Virus record (IMG/VR): IMGVR_UViG_3300050015_000702
Strand: one strand, 5' to 3'
Length of the DNA: 64,000 nt
DNA from: a virus
The number at the start of each line of letters is the position of its first letter. Position 1 is the first letter of the stretch. Below the pieces are notes generated by a model. It searched no databases. It was not told the origin of the DNA and saw nothing but the letters and a program-made list of their open reading frames with translations. Of this stretch, positions 39,351 to 48,916 are shown in pieces. A program made the position numbers and the translations under genes.

Positions 39351-41144
39351 ATGACAAATATCAGTAAATACGTTCAACTTAATGACTTCCTCTTATTAGA
39401 GTATGAATTTAATAAGGATCAGTTTAATGTTACCCCATTAACTAACATTGGTTCTCTTTGCATTTCGACAAACATTGGAAGCTTCCAATATATTAATACG
39501 GGTGCTGATAGAGCTGTAACAAATAACGACTTTGGTTTAAACTCTCTTCCCGAAAATCCATCAAGAACTACTTGGTATTGTTATCCTCCGGATATTTCTA
39601 CAAATTATTCCAATTACTTTGCCCATTGCGATAGTTCGACTTTGGTTAACGTTCCTTCTTATGCTTTGGATACCATTAAGGTTCATATTATTTCAGGGTA
39701 TAACTTTGATGATGTTGCTGGGTTCTTACTTCAAATTAGAGCAAAAAACACAGGAGGAAACTTTGTTGACCTTGCAAACTTTACCTGGATCAATCAGATT
39801 CTTGAAGCTGGAAGTAATGTTATTAATTTTTCTACAAATGCTTTATATTTAGCAAATAGATTTTATGACAAATATGTTCAGTTTAGGATTCCTTCTATTC
39901 AAGTTCTTGGAGGGGATACTGTTACTCCGCTTGGTCTAGCTTTAAATATTAAACAGCTATCTGATGTTTTCATCACATATAGTACTATTCCTAATATTAA
40001 TGTTGACACGTATCTTATTCAGGAGCAAATTTCAGTTCAACTTCCTGTAACAAGTGTTGCAGATAATTTCAATTGCTTTATTGCTGAATCAACTGGTGGG
40101 GACTATATCGAATTCTATGCTACTTGGAACCAAATAATTATTGGGGAGTACATGGGAGACATTGAAAGCGGAAAAATCCGTTTATTCACTTCTAACAACC
40201 CCAATGATAATGCAATGGATTTTGCCGATACTTATGGTGCCGGAGCAGTGAAATGGGTAATTATGCATGAATTAGAAGTTTACGAATTAATTCCAGGAGG
40301 AACAACACTTCTAACTCAGAAGTATGTATTTACTCAGGAAGATAACTTTATGAATGCTAACTTCTTCCGTCCGGTTCTTAGGAATGCCGATATTGATTCA
40401 GCTTATCAAATAGATTATACTTGCCGATTAGTTAACCGAATGGACGGAACCCAGGTTATCAGAAAAGCTTCTTTCGCTTCAACAGATCCTAAAAAATATG
40501 GTTTGCAGTTTGATCGTTTAAATGTTGACAATTATATTCCTTACAAAGTTTTTAATAGAATTGAAGGGGAAGCTTTTGTTCAAAACATTACATCGGGAAC
40601 CCAACAATCCAAATTTGTCAAAGTATTTTACGATACAACGACTGTAGGTATGAATATGAATAATGAAATTCTTCCCCAGGGAACAGGTCCTTTATTCTTA
40701 AAAAGAGGAGATGGCGCTTATCTATTCCATTTTCAAAAAATCGATACAGCAAATGGGGATCAAGTTAATAATGTGGATCTTTCGGGAGCTTATAATTACG
40801 GTCTTTTGTTTATCATGGATGATCAGTCAAAGTTGGAAATATCCCCAACCTACAGCACCAATATGAATACTGTACTTGGACAACTTGAATTCAAAATTAT
40901 GGAAGGACAAGTTTCGAAACTTTTACAGCAAACAAATAACGCTTACTCGATTGTAGTTAAAAATCCGGATGGATCCCAATACACTTTCTATGAAGGAGTA
41001 TTCTTTAGCTATAGTAATATGGATCAGGTAATCACTCAATTTAATAATCTGGTGAATGTATCTGCTCTAAATACCCAAATAGCTTCATTACAAGAACAAG
41101 TTAAAACCTTAACTGATCAAAATACAGCTCTCAAAGCTAAGTAG
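39351..41144 (+). CDS. structural protein (baseplate/tail-associated), C-terminal coiled coil
   Basis: 597 aa; own late-promoter motif at 39329-39337. Confidence 0.5.
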   Translation: MTNISKYVQLNDFLLLEYEFNKDQFNVTPLTNIGSLCISTNIGSFQYINTGADRAVTNNDFGLNSLPENPSRTTWYCYPPDISTNYSNYFAHCDSSTLVNVPSYALDTIKVHIISGYNFDDVAGFLLQIRAKNTGGNFVDLANFTWINQILEAGSNVINFSTNALYLANRFYDKYVQFRIPSIQVLGGDTVTPLGLALNIKQLSDVFITYSTIPNINVDTYLIQEQISVQLPVTSVADNFNCFIAESTGGDYIEFYATWNQIIIGEYMGDIESGKIRLFTSNNPNDNAMDFADTYGAGAVKWVIMHELEVYELIPGGTTLLTQKYVFTQEDNFMNANFFRPVLRNADIDSAYQIDYTCRLVNRMDGTQVIRKASFASTDPKKYGLQFDRLNVDNYIPYKVFNRIEGEAFVQNITSGTQQSKFVKVFYDTTTVGMNMNNEILPQGTGPLFLKRGDGAYLFHFQKIDTANGDQVNNVDLSGAYNYGLLFIMDDQSKLEISPTYSTNMNTVLGQLEFKIMEGQVSKLLQQTNNAYSIVVKNPDGSQYTFYEGVFFSYSNMDQVITQFNNLVNVSALNTQIASLQEQVKTLTDQNTALKAK

Positions 41145-41157
41145 GCATAAAGACTTA

Positions 41158-41190
41158 AAGTACGACGTTAATCTTCAAGTACGACGTTAA
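41158..41190. repeat. 14-bp direct repeat AAGTACGACGTTAA x2 (19-bp period)
   Basis: Exact copies at 41158-41171 and 41177-41190. Confidence 0.85.
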
Positions 41191-41197
41191 CTTTCAC

Positions 41198-41228
41198 AAA
41201 AAACCTTCTAATTTCTTAGAAGGTTTTT
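41198..41228. terminator. bidirectional intrinsic terminator between convergent operons
   Basis: AAAAACCTTCTAA-TTTC-TTAGAAGGTTTTT. Confidence 0.85.
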
Positions 41229-41340
41229 GCTGGAGGTTGGTCCAAACATATGCTAGGGCATTTGTATTTCCCTTTAATAGTTACACTAAGCTTTTAAATA
41301 AAAATTGAGCAGCGAGCTCCTAACGCGGCCTAGCGTGAAG

Positions 41341-41859
41341 TTAAAATAGGCCCTTGATGGCTGCGAATAAATGCTGAATAATATCATATTTCAACACTAT
41401 CCAAGAAAGACCAGCAACTAAAATTCCTCTGGTAATAACATACTGAAGATTCAGTCTATCAAAGGCAAATCTATAGATTGCTCCATAAGTTAAAGTTGGT
41501 TCGTCTTCGTCATCAAAGAACTGATTAAATTCGGGAATTATGTTACCAGCAAATCCTAATTCTTCATCAAGATACTGGTGAACAGGAGCAAGAAGCTCCA
41601 TAAGTCGAAGTCGCTTAATATTCTCGGGCAAATTATAATCGGATTCAGGAAGAGATACAGGAGTATAAAGAACATAAAAATAATTATAGTCTATTTTATA
41701 CTTGTTCAATTTAGACTGAGGATTAGCTGCTTCCGCTTTAATTGTACGAATCCAGCTACGATAATTCTCAATGTCCCTCCAAACCCTAACAAAGGGGATT
41801 TTGGTCCATAAAGGCTGATGTCTAGCCTTCTTTTTAGTCATTCTCTGATTCTTCATCAT
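41341..41859 (-). CDS. hypothetical protein with C-terminal TM
   Basis: 172-aa ORF coupled to the sigma gene. Confidence 0.55.
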   Translation of the reverse strand: MMKNQRMTKKKARHQPLWTKIPFVRVWRDIENYRSWIRTIKAEAANPQSKLNKYKIDYNYFYVLYTPVSLPESDYNLPENIKRLRLMELLAPVHQYLDEELGFAGNIIPEFNQFFDDEDEPTLTYGAIYRFAFDRLNLQYVITRGILVAGLSWIVLKYDIIQHLFAAIKGLF

Positions 41860-42466
41860 AATATGCTTCGATAAGGTCTGGATGCCTTTCTTTTAATGTG
41901 TCAGCGACATCCTTTCTGGCTTTTCTTAATCTGGTTTTAACGGTATTAAGGTTCCAGTTAAGATCGGCTGCAATATCTTGCAGTCTTTTATTGTTAATCT
42001 CTCTTTCGAAGATAACAGTTCTATAAGGTTCTTCTAAGTTATCAATTGCTTCAATAACTTTATTATACAAGTTAGTCTTGAGTTCTTCACCGCTAGGTCC
42101 TATTACTTCGAGGTTAATTGAAACCATCGGAGTATAAAATTTAAGAACTTTTGAATGATTCTCATCAAGTCTTTCTCTGGAGACAGTTTTTGAACGAGAT
42201 CTAAGTTGTCCGAGGGCTTCATTTTTTGCTATCGCATAAACCCAAGTTGAGAAGTTAAAATCTCTGTTATACTGGTCCATTTTCTCCCATACAGCTATAA
42301 AAGTCTTGGAAACGACTTCTTTTGCTAAATCAGAATCCTTTACGTAACGATATACGAAAGAGTTTAGTCCGGGTTTTATCCTGTTAATAAGATATGTGAA
42401 TGTTTTGTTGTCTTTTTGTTCCAAAAAATCTATTGCTAGATTTTGAATTGAGATTTCTTTGTCCAT
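41834..42466 (-). CDS. ECF-type sigma-70 factor
   Basis: Region 2 (LAKEVVSKTFIAVW...Y..DFNFSTWVYAIAKN) and region 4 (LEEPYR...DIA..L....NTVKTRLRKAR); start set at MDKEIS. Confidence 0.9.
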   Translation of the reverse strand: MDKEISIQNLAIDFLEQKDNKTFTYLINRIKPGLNSFVYRYVKDSDLAKEVVSKTFIAVWEKMDQYNRDFNFSTWVYAIAKNEALGQLRSRSKTVSRERLDENHSKVLKFYTPMVSINLEVIGPSGEELKTNLYNKVIEAIDNLEEPYRTVIFEREINNKRLQDIAADLNWNLNTVKTRLRKARKDVADTLKERHPDLIEAYYDEESEND

Positions 42467-42467
42467 A

Positions 42468-43163
42468 TTAAGTATAGTGTCCATTAATAAATTTTTTACC
42501 TTTATTCCATGGGGTTGTTCCCCTTTTGGATTCACTCATATGAGTTTTAGCCTCCTTTGACTTCGGCTTTCTCATATGTTTTTTATGTTCTTCAGTTTTT
42601 GGTTTTCTCATTAATTCTTTGGTTTCTTCTGATAAAGAAACCCCATTACGAGAATTAAATAATGCTAACTTATGTTCCTCTGTTAATTCTTTTCCCCATC
42701 GATGATTTTTTTCACCCATGTGAGCATTGCTCATTTGCTGCCTTGTTTTTTCCGATGGGTGCTTTCCCCAGCTAGGATTTTTTTCTCCTTTTTTTGAATA
42801 AGCTATTTTTTCTTTTGTTTTTTCTGATCGGGTATAATGACATCCGCCTGTATGAAATCCTCTGTTTTTATTTGGCAGAAATCGATTATATCCATTTGGG
42901 GATAGGGTATTGTATTTTAAAATGTAATGGGTTTCCCCATCTAACAGATCCTCTACATTTTTATAATTATCTTGAAGTATCTGTTTTTTGAAATTTTCAA
43001 TACCATATATTTCATAATCTAGATCAAGATATTTAGAAGACCCCATATACCCATCTGTATTGGGGTCTTCTTTATAACATATTCGACTACCTACATATTG
43101 TTTATTCAAAACCAAATTGGTTATTAAATAAACATAGTAAAATCGAGGAGTTCTTAAAGACAT
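42468..43163 (-). mobile_element. free-standing GIY-YIG homing endonuclease
   Basis: YYVYLITN...KQYVGSR, YMGSS, PNGYN, multiple SE.TK NUMOD3 repeats. Confidence 0.85.
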
Positions 43164-43219
43164 ATAGTTTATTCTATATATCCAATTGAAATCTCTTTTT
43201 TTTGCGATAGTGAGGAATC

Positions 43220-43558
43220 TTATTCCTCAACTATCTGCTCAACATACTGATTGATGTTCTGAAGGATTCCGGCAACGACCTGATATGGGAAATTCCCAAG
43301 GACGTTTACAATCTGCTGGAATGTGTTGTGGTCAACAACATCTACCTGAATTGCATTCATGATACCTGCAATCTGGTTAAATGGGTACTGACCAATAGCT
43401 TTAAGAATAGCGGCTTTAAATTCAGGTTTGAGACGATAAGTGGGCACATACGGTGCAGTCTCGATTTTCTGATTTGGATCTACAGCTGCTTTTGGTGCTT
43501 CTGCTGTTTTTGCTTCTGGTATTAACTGAGCTTCAGTTGGTTGTGTGTTTTCTTCCAT
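43220..43558 (-). CDS. hypothetical protein with an internal duplicated (Y/F)P(F/Y)NQ/QV helix motif
   Basis: 112-aa ORF behind promoter 43588-43596. Confidence 0.55.
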   Translation of the reverse strand: MEENTQPTEAQLIPEAKTAEAPKAAVDPNQKIETAPYVPTYRLKPEFKAAILKAIGQYPFNQIAGIMNAIQVDVVDHNTFQQIVNVLGNFPYQVVAGILQNINQYVEQIVEE

Positions 43559-43668
43559 GACTTAATTGGTTTAAATAATTATTTTTTTATATATTCACTG
43601 GTTTGTAAGATTCTTATCAATATAATGTAAAAATTGCGTTCTGATTTGTCAAAATTGTCAGATTTCGG

Positions 43669-43932
43669 TTAATTTTTTACATATCCATCATTAGTATAGA
43701 TTTCAATGAATCTTTTTAGATCGGGTTCAATGACCATTGATTCATGAACAATCTCTCCCGATTTGGTCTTATACTGAACTAGAGTAATAAGATAGCCATC
43801 CGGCGGTTCAGGATAAAATGCTACTGTCAACGGGGATTTTGGTTTACTCATTACCAGCATGCATTCTCTATTTTTGAATAGAGAAATATTCTCTGGAGCT
43901 TTTTTTGCGGGAACGTAAGGTTTATATGCCAT
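43669..43932 (-). CDS. hypothetical protein
   Basis: Tightly packed ORF in operon. Confidence 0.5.
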   Translation of the reverse strand: MAYKPYVPAKKAPENISLFKNRECMLVMSKPKSPLTVAFYPEPPDGYLITLVQYKTKSGEIVHESMVIEPDLKRFIEIYTNDGYVKN

Positions 43933-43934
43933 TT

Positions 43935-44348
43935 TTATTCTTTTACTGCGTGATATTTAGCGTATCGAGCTATAAAATCCTTAGTGGATTCTCTAGGGAC
44001 ATCTATGTCGTGTTCATCTACTTTATCTGCAATTTGATTAATAACTTTTGCCTGAGATTCCATCCACTCTAAAACTACATCTTCATTTTTTGGAGTTATA
44101 GCTAAGGGATCTATGGGTCTTGTTAGATGACAATGTCTGCAAAATTCTTCGCTCTTATCCAATTCATTGACATAAGTGTTTGGATCAATCCATTCATGTT
44201 CACAATTTGCTTGTTGAAGCAAAGGTTCGAGCATATCACGAATACGATATTTTGTATTGTAATCGAGAGATAGTAAAAAACTATCTACTTTTTTCTGAGA
44301 TTGAGTTACTTCTTCGGGGGATAGGATTCTCATAAAATTAGCATTCAT
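43935..44348 (-). CDS. hypothetical protein with CxH...CxxC Zn motif
   Basis: CEHEW...CRHC. Confidence 0.5.
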   Translation of the reverse strand: MNANFMRILSPEEVTQSQKKVDSFLLSLDYNTKYRIRDMLEPLLQQANCEHEWIDPNTYVNELDKSEEFCRHCHLTRPIDPLAITPKNEDVVLEWMESQAKVINQIADKVDEHDIDVPRESTKDFIARYAKYHAVKE

Positions 44349-45082
44349 TATTCAGGTTTATTAAGTAAAAGAGGTCTGTCAAATAAAATATAATCAATAA
44401 GAGGCTGATATGAGTCAAAAAGCTCTTCAGGGGTAAAAACTATCCATTCATTAGTTGGGCCAACAGGAATTGCACATTTAATAATTTTGCAATTGAGAGC
44501 TTCCGACATTGAATCAATATAGTTAAAGTTTACTCTTTTTTGAAATTCAAAATCAGCTTCATGAATATCTTGTTTACCTTGAAGATAACTTCTGTCTTCG
44601 CCTTCTCGATTAGCTGTAATTCTCTTTTGAGAAACTTCCGAAGGGACATCAAAAAATATATTTAAATCGGGATACGGTAGATTTAAGAAATCAAATTCAA
44701 AATCTAATATCCATTTTTTTATATTAAAGGACTCTACAGATCCGGTAGGATATTTAGCTGCTTGATAAGCTACATTAGAATAAACATATCGATCCAAAAG
44801 AACAACATCATTTTCATCTAATGCTTCCTGAAGTTCCGGCTTAAACATAAATCTGTCCATTCCATAGATATTGGCTACAAAATAAGGTGAAACCTCATCA
44901 ATGCCACCGAATTCTCCACGAAGAAATTTAGCAATTACATTACTAAATTCATTGTGTTCATACATTGGAAAGTGAAAGAAGGCAAACTTGAGACCTTTGT
45001 CTTCGAAATATTTTTTTATAAGTTTTACTTGCGTACTTTTACCTGCACCATCTGCGCCCTCTATACAAATTAATTTACCCAT
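44348..45082 (-). CDS. tmk: thymidylate kinase
   Basis: IEGADGAGKST P-loop, LLDRYVYSNVAYQ, PDLNIFFDV, DIHE. Confidence 0.92.
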   Translation of the reverse strand: MGKLICIEGADGAGKSTQVKLIKKYFEDKGLKFAFFHFPMYEHNEFSNVIAKFLRGEFGGIDEVSPYFVANIYGMDRFMFKPELQEALDENDVVLLDRYVYSNVAYQAAKYPTGSVESFNIKKWILDFEFDFLNLPYPDLNIFFDVPSEVSQKRITANREGEDRSYLQGKQDIHEADFEFQKRVNFNYIDSMSEALNCKIIKCAIPVGPTNEWIVFTPEELFDSYQPLIDYILFDRPLLLNKPE

Positions 45083-45963
45083 ATATTGAATTTTTCTTTA
45101 TATCTTTCTGTGAATTGAAGACATTTATTATCAACTAATCTTTTTATGTCTAAATATGACAAAAGTTTTGAGGAATAGGTTAATTTATAAATGAATCCAT
45201 TTTTCTTACAAAATTCCATAGCAGCTTCTTTTTTTAATTGAACGATTTTGGATTTGTGTAATTTTTTTGGTTTTATTTCAACTAGATATTTTTCATTTAT
45301 AATAAAATCCGCAACATAAGTACGCTTTTCTTTATTAAATCCAATATATGGAATTTTTAGTTCCTTTTTTTCAGCACTTTCCCATTTAAACCCAAATCTT
45401 TCAATAGCATTTATCATATATGAAAGTTCGTGTAAACTTCGAAAATACCATCCTTTATACCATCCGGACCATCCATTACCCGAACCTATTGGTGATGGTT
45501 TTCCATACATTGGATTATTTTCTCCTGAAGAATGAATGGATATTTTGTCTTTTATTTTTTGGGATTTTTCTTTTCCATATCTTTTATCAAAAGATAAACC
45601 TTTCCCATCAATAGCATATTGAATTATTCCAGAGCATTGATTGTTTCTTCCATACATAGGGTTGTCCGAACCAGATAAAGAAACGGATATATTATTTCGT
45701 ATTTTATTTCCCTTCTCATTCCCAAATATTTCTTCATATGTTTTTCCTTGAGTTCTTTTTATGGATGATTTCCCCGCATTAATGTATTGTTTTTGACGTC
45801 GGCAGGACAAACATAAATCTATACCATATTTTTCTTTACCTTCTGCATAAGTATAATATCTAGGAAAAATATGATCTAAATGACATTGATCACAATTAAT
45901 AATTACTTTTTGACGAATAATTGGAAATCCCGTTTTGTTCAATTTAATAGTAGATAATATCAT
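45070..45963 (-). mobile_element. free-standing PD-(D/E)xK (TnsA-like) endonuclease with Zn finger and NUMOD-like repeats
   Basis: FRSLHE...YVADF...LVEIKP; G.NNPMYG repeats; start 45963 behind promoter 45969-45977. Confidence 0.8.
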
Positions 45964-46019
45964 ATAACTATATATCCGGAAAATAATTCCGGATATGTCG
46001 GTTCCTTCAAAAACAGGGA

Positions 46020-46361
46020 TCAATTGAAAAGTTTTGAGTTCTTAATAAGATTAAGAACTTCATATACCATAACGCCAACTCCGAGGATTCCCCAGAATTT
46101 CCATTGTGTAGAAAATATAGCTTTTAAGCCTACGCCGAATAGCATAGACATTCCTAGAGTTTCGATTGTATTCAATAGACTACCAACAAAAACCATGCCC
46201 GGACGAGGTTGATACTCAATTTCTTGAGTTAAAGTTTCGTCAATCTTTGGTTCCTCTTTTTTAAAATATACCTCCTCAATGGGTGGTGTAGGAATTGCCG
46301 CCCCCTCCTTAACCGCATTGAGTCTATTTGCTAATGCGTCGTCCTTGATCATTTTATCCAT
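46020..46361 (-). CDS. hypothetical membrane protein
   Basis: Two hydrophobic segments at the C-terminus. Confidence 0.55.
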   Translation of the reverse strand: MDKMIKDDALANRLNAVKEGAAIPTPPIEEVYFKKEEPKIDETLTQEIEYQPRPGMVFVGSLLNTIETLGMSMLFGVGLKAIFSTQWKFWGILGVGVMVYEVLNLIKNSKLFN

Positions 46362-46649
46362 TTAAATTAATTCAGCAATGTAGTGTGCATCATTATGTCC
46401 ATCGGGTCTTACTAAGAAAGTAGCCGTCTCATCTTCTTCTACTTTACCAACGAAAAAGGTTTTGCTAAGAGAAAAATCATTTCCCCAATCGCTCAACATA
46501 TCCTCGTAAAGTGGGAAAGTAACAACTGGTAATAAGTTTAAAATGGATTCAAGCATTGGGTTAACCTCGATATGCTTGATATAATTGAGTTCGTTCAATG
46601 CAGGTTTGCTACTCATAGGAAGATTTGAAAGGTATTTAATACCATCCAT
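46362..46649 (-). CDS. hypothetical protein
   Basis: Abuts the downstream ORF. Confidence 0.45.
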   Translation of the reverse strand: MDGIKYLSNLPMSSKPALNELNYIKHIEVNPMLESILNLLPVVTFPLYEDMLSDWGNDFSLSKTFFVGKVEEDETATFLVRPDGHNDAHYIAELI

Positions 46650-46669
46650 ATTTAAAGTAGCACTTTCAT

Positions 46670-47329
46670 TTACAGACTCTTTAAGTTTTTTTTGAATTTG
46701 TCTTCCTTTTTGAAGTCATTTCCTTTTCCGGCAGCAGGTTTAAATCCTTTTTTAGCTTTTGCTTCCATCTTATCTTCTTCTTCGTCTTCGTCTCCTTTTT
46801 CATTAACCTCAACATCAGTTACAACAGCAGGCTCTTTCTTTCCAAATTTCTTTTTTGGAGCTTCTGATTCGCCATTTTTATCTGGTGCTGTATCAATTGG
46901 TCCTTTTCCTGGCTTTGCTGCAGATCCTTGAGCAACAGAGCCACCATCAGTTCCGGGTTCTACTTTAGAACCTTTGCCTTCATTGTCACCGGTTTTAACA
47001 TCGCCAAACATACCTGGTTTGAAATCTTTAACAGATTTAAGATCGGTCTGAAGATCATATCCTGGGGTGAATTTGGATCCCCCCATTTTCATTTCGACTT
47101 TTACTTCAGTCTTACCTTTGACGTACTCTTTCTTGAGCCATCCGAATACTTTTTTATTCTCTTCTGGTATAATAAGACCTTCGCCTGGTCCACCTGCAGC
47201 TTTTGTTACAGGAGCACCTTTACCGCCTTTTTCCTTAGCACCTTTTTCAGAAGTTTCTTGTTCTTTTGCTTCTGCAGCTTCGGTAAGTCTTTCGATATAG
47301 TCATTAAAGTTAAAAGATCCAGCTTTCAT
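46670..47329 (-). CDS. low-complexity K/E/G-rich protein, probable head-internal
   Basis: FNDYIERLTE leader; late promoter 47347-47355. Confidence 0.55.
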   Translation of the reverse strand: MKAGSFNFNDYIERLTEAAEAKEQETSEKGAKEKGGKGAPVTKAAGGPGEGLIIPEENKKVFGWLKKEYVKGKTEVKVEMKMGGSKFTPGYDLQTDLKSVKDFKPGMFGDVKTGDNEGKGSKVEPGTDGGSVAQGSAAKPGKGPIDTAPDKNGESEAPKKKFGKKEPAVVTDVEVNEKGDEDEEEDKMEAKAKKGFKPAAGKGNDFKKEDKFKKNLKSL

Positions 47330-47364
47330 ATGTTATGGTTTTATTTTATATATCCGCGTTAAAA

Positions 47365-47637
47365 TTAATTGTTCATCTCTCTATTTATCCAAATCTGCAT
47401 TTCGTTCCAATCAGGATTATCCCAATGATATGATTCAACATCGTTATTCCTTGCAATGTTATTTCCAAGTTCTTCATCGGAATCTTTGGGTTCCCATACA
47501 ATTTCGGAAACATGTTCAAAATTATTGGAATAGTAAGTATCCTGCAATATTTTGTTGTCTAAAATCTGTCGACCAACGCCCATTGTTCTAATAGGATCTC
47601 CGCTTCTTTCGAAATTTATTTTTTCGGATACTATCAT
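47365..47637 (-). CDS. small FERG-module protein
   Basis: MIVSEKINFERSGDPIRTMGVGRQILDNKI, similar to module 1 of 9101..10273. Confidence 0.6.
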   Translation of the reverse strand: MIVSEKINFERSGDPIRTMGVGRQILDNKILQDTYYSNNFEHVSEIVWEPKDSDEELGNNIARNNDVESYHWDNPDWNEMQIWINREMNN

Positions 47638-48872
47638 TTTATTCTTCTATCATTTCTTTCAATATCATTCACGATATTTTTATATCTGTAAATATGTTTT
47701 CCGATGAATCCTTTTACTTCACCAGAAACCCCTTCTTCCTCCCAAATTTCCTTTTTAATTTCTTCCAAATCCTCTAAAGCTTCCTTTAAAGGTTTACGAA
47801 TTTTATCACACCATTTTGGATCAATTAAATTATCTCTTTTAAAATTAACTGTATAAGGGCTAAAGTCTTTCATGAATGCCCATCCAATTCTAAAAGGACC
47901 CTCCTTTTTAGTTTGAAAATTAGGATCCCCTTCTCCATCTATAGTCCAGAAACACGAAGCAACACCGCCCCAATGATCAGCTAATCTGTAAATAGCTTTA
48001 TCTGAAATCCAGTATTGGCTTCCGCCGCGGCTCTTAAAATTAGTTCCTTTGTCAGATAAAGTGCTCCATAGATGATGTATGTTTTCAAAATGACTTGTGA
48101 GATGAATTTCTTTATAATCTGCCTGAGTTGAAATATGAAAATTATTTCGGGTAACCTCTTTTACAACCGAACGAAAGGGAACCATTGGAACAGGATTAAT
48201 TTTATTATCTATAGGATCTGTTATTTTCCTAAGTTGTTTCATAATAACTTGATCCGATGATAAAGATTTAGAAACAGGTTTTTCTTTTAAAGAAACAAAA
48301 ATAGTTTCATCTAAATCTGGAACCCCATCATTTTGAATTTCTAGCCCCATCGAATTTACCAGAGGTTTATATTTAGGCCAAGTTGTAACTAATTCATGGA
48401 ATCCATCAAAAAGTCTATCACTTGTGATAATATCTTGTCCAACATTCATAAATCCGGGATCTATTAGTAAGTTTGAATTCTCAATAACTTTTAAAAAATC
48501 AATTACAAGGGGTTTAAATCTATTTTCCCCAATACCCAATTTATCTAGTGGGGTTCCCTCTCGTTCGAAATGCTGTTTTTCCGTTAAGGAAACATCTTTA
48601 TGTTTAAATGCTGCTCCAAGATCTGTTTTAAGGGAAGGAACATAGTGATAATCAGGATTTTGTTCTTTGATATACTTCATTAGTTTGGATCCATATCCCA
48701 ATCTTCTAAATTCAGGACGAACAAAGATATGACTTATGGAGAGTTCATCTTCAAATAAAACATATTGAACTAGGCCGACAATCTCATCATTAGCATAAAC
48801 CCCCGCTTCACAATTAGTTTGGCCTGAGTATGAATCGACAACTTCATTTGTATAAGTAATCTTCTTATCCAT
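47634..48872 (-). CDS. GNAT acetyltransferase domain fused to an internal FERG module and an unknown domain
   Basis: ISHIFVRPEFRRLGYGSKLM acetyl-CoA motif A; LTEKQHFEREGTPLDKLGIG. Confidence 0.7.
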   Translation of the reverse strand: MDKKITYTNEVVDSYSGQTNCEAGVYANDEIVGLVQYVLFEDELSISHIFVRPEFRRLGYGSKLMKYIKEQNPDYHYVPSLKTDLGAAFKHKDVSLTEKQHFEREGTPLDKLGIGENRFKPLVIDFLKVIENSNLLIDPGFMNVGQDIITSDRLFDGFHELVTTWPKYKPLVNSMGLEIQNDGVPDLDETIFVSLKEKPVSKSLSSDQVIMKQLRKITDPIDNKINPVPMVPFRSVVKEVTRNNFHISTQADYKEIHLTSHFENIHHLWSTLSDKGTNFKSRGGSQYWISDKAIYRLADHWGGVASCFWTIDGEGDPNFQTKKEGPFRIGWAFMKDFSPYTVNFKRDNLIDPKWCDKIRKPLKEALEDLEEIKKEIWEEEGVSGEVKGFIGKHIYRYKNIVNDIERNDRRIK

Positions 48873-48889
48873 TTCTTTATTTATCCCAC

Positions 48890-48916
48890 AAAAAAACCCA
48901 CACTTTCGCTGTGGGT
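48890..48916 (-). terminator. intrinsic terminator ending the tmRNA coding piece
   Basis: ACCCACAGCGAAAGTGTGGGT followed by a U-run. Confidence 0.8.

Noticed and set aside
41158-41190. CRISPR mini-array
   Set aside because: Only two 14-bp repeats with a 5-bp gap; no cas genes
46692-47362. Antisense and alternate-frame ORFs from the track (also those near 8292, 52070 and 59117-59538)
   Set aside because: Shadows of low-complexity coding regions, with no independent start signals or motifs
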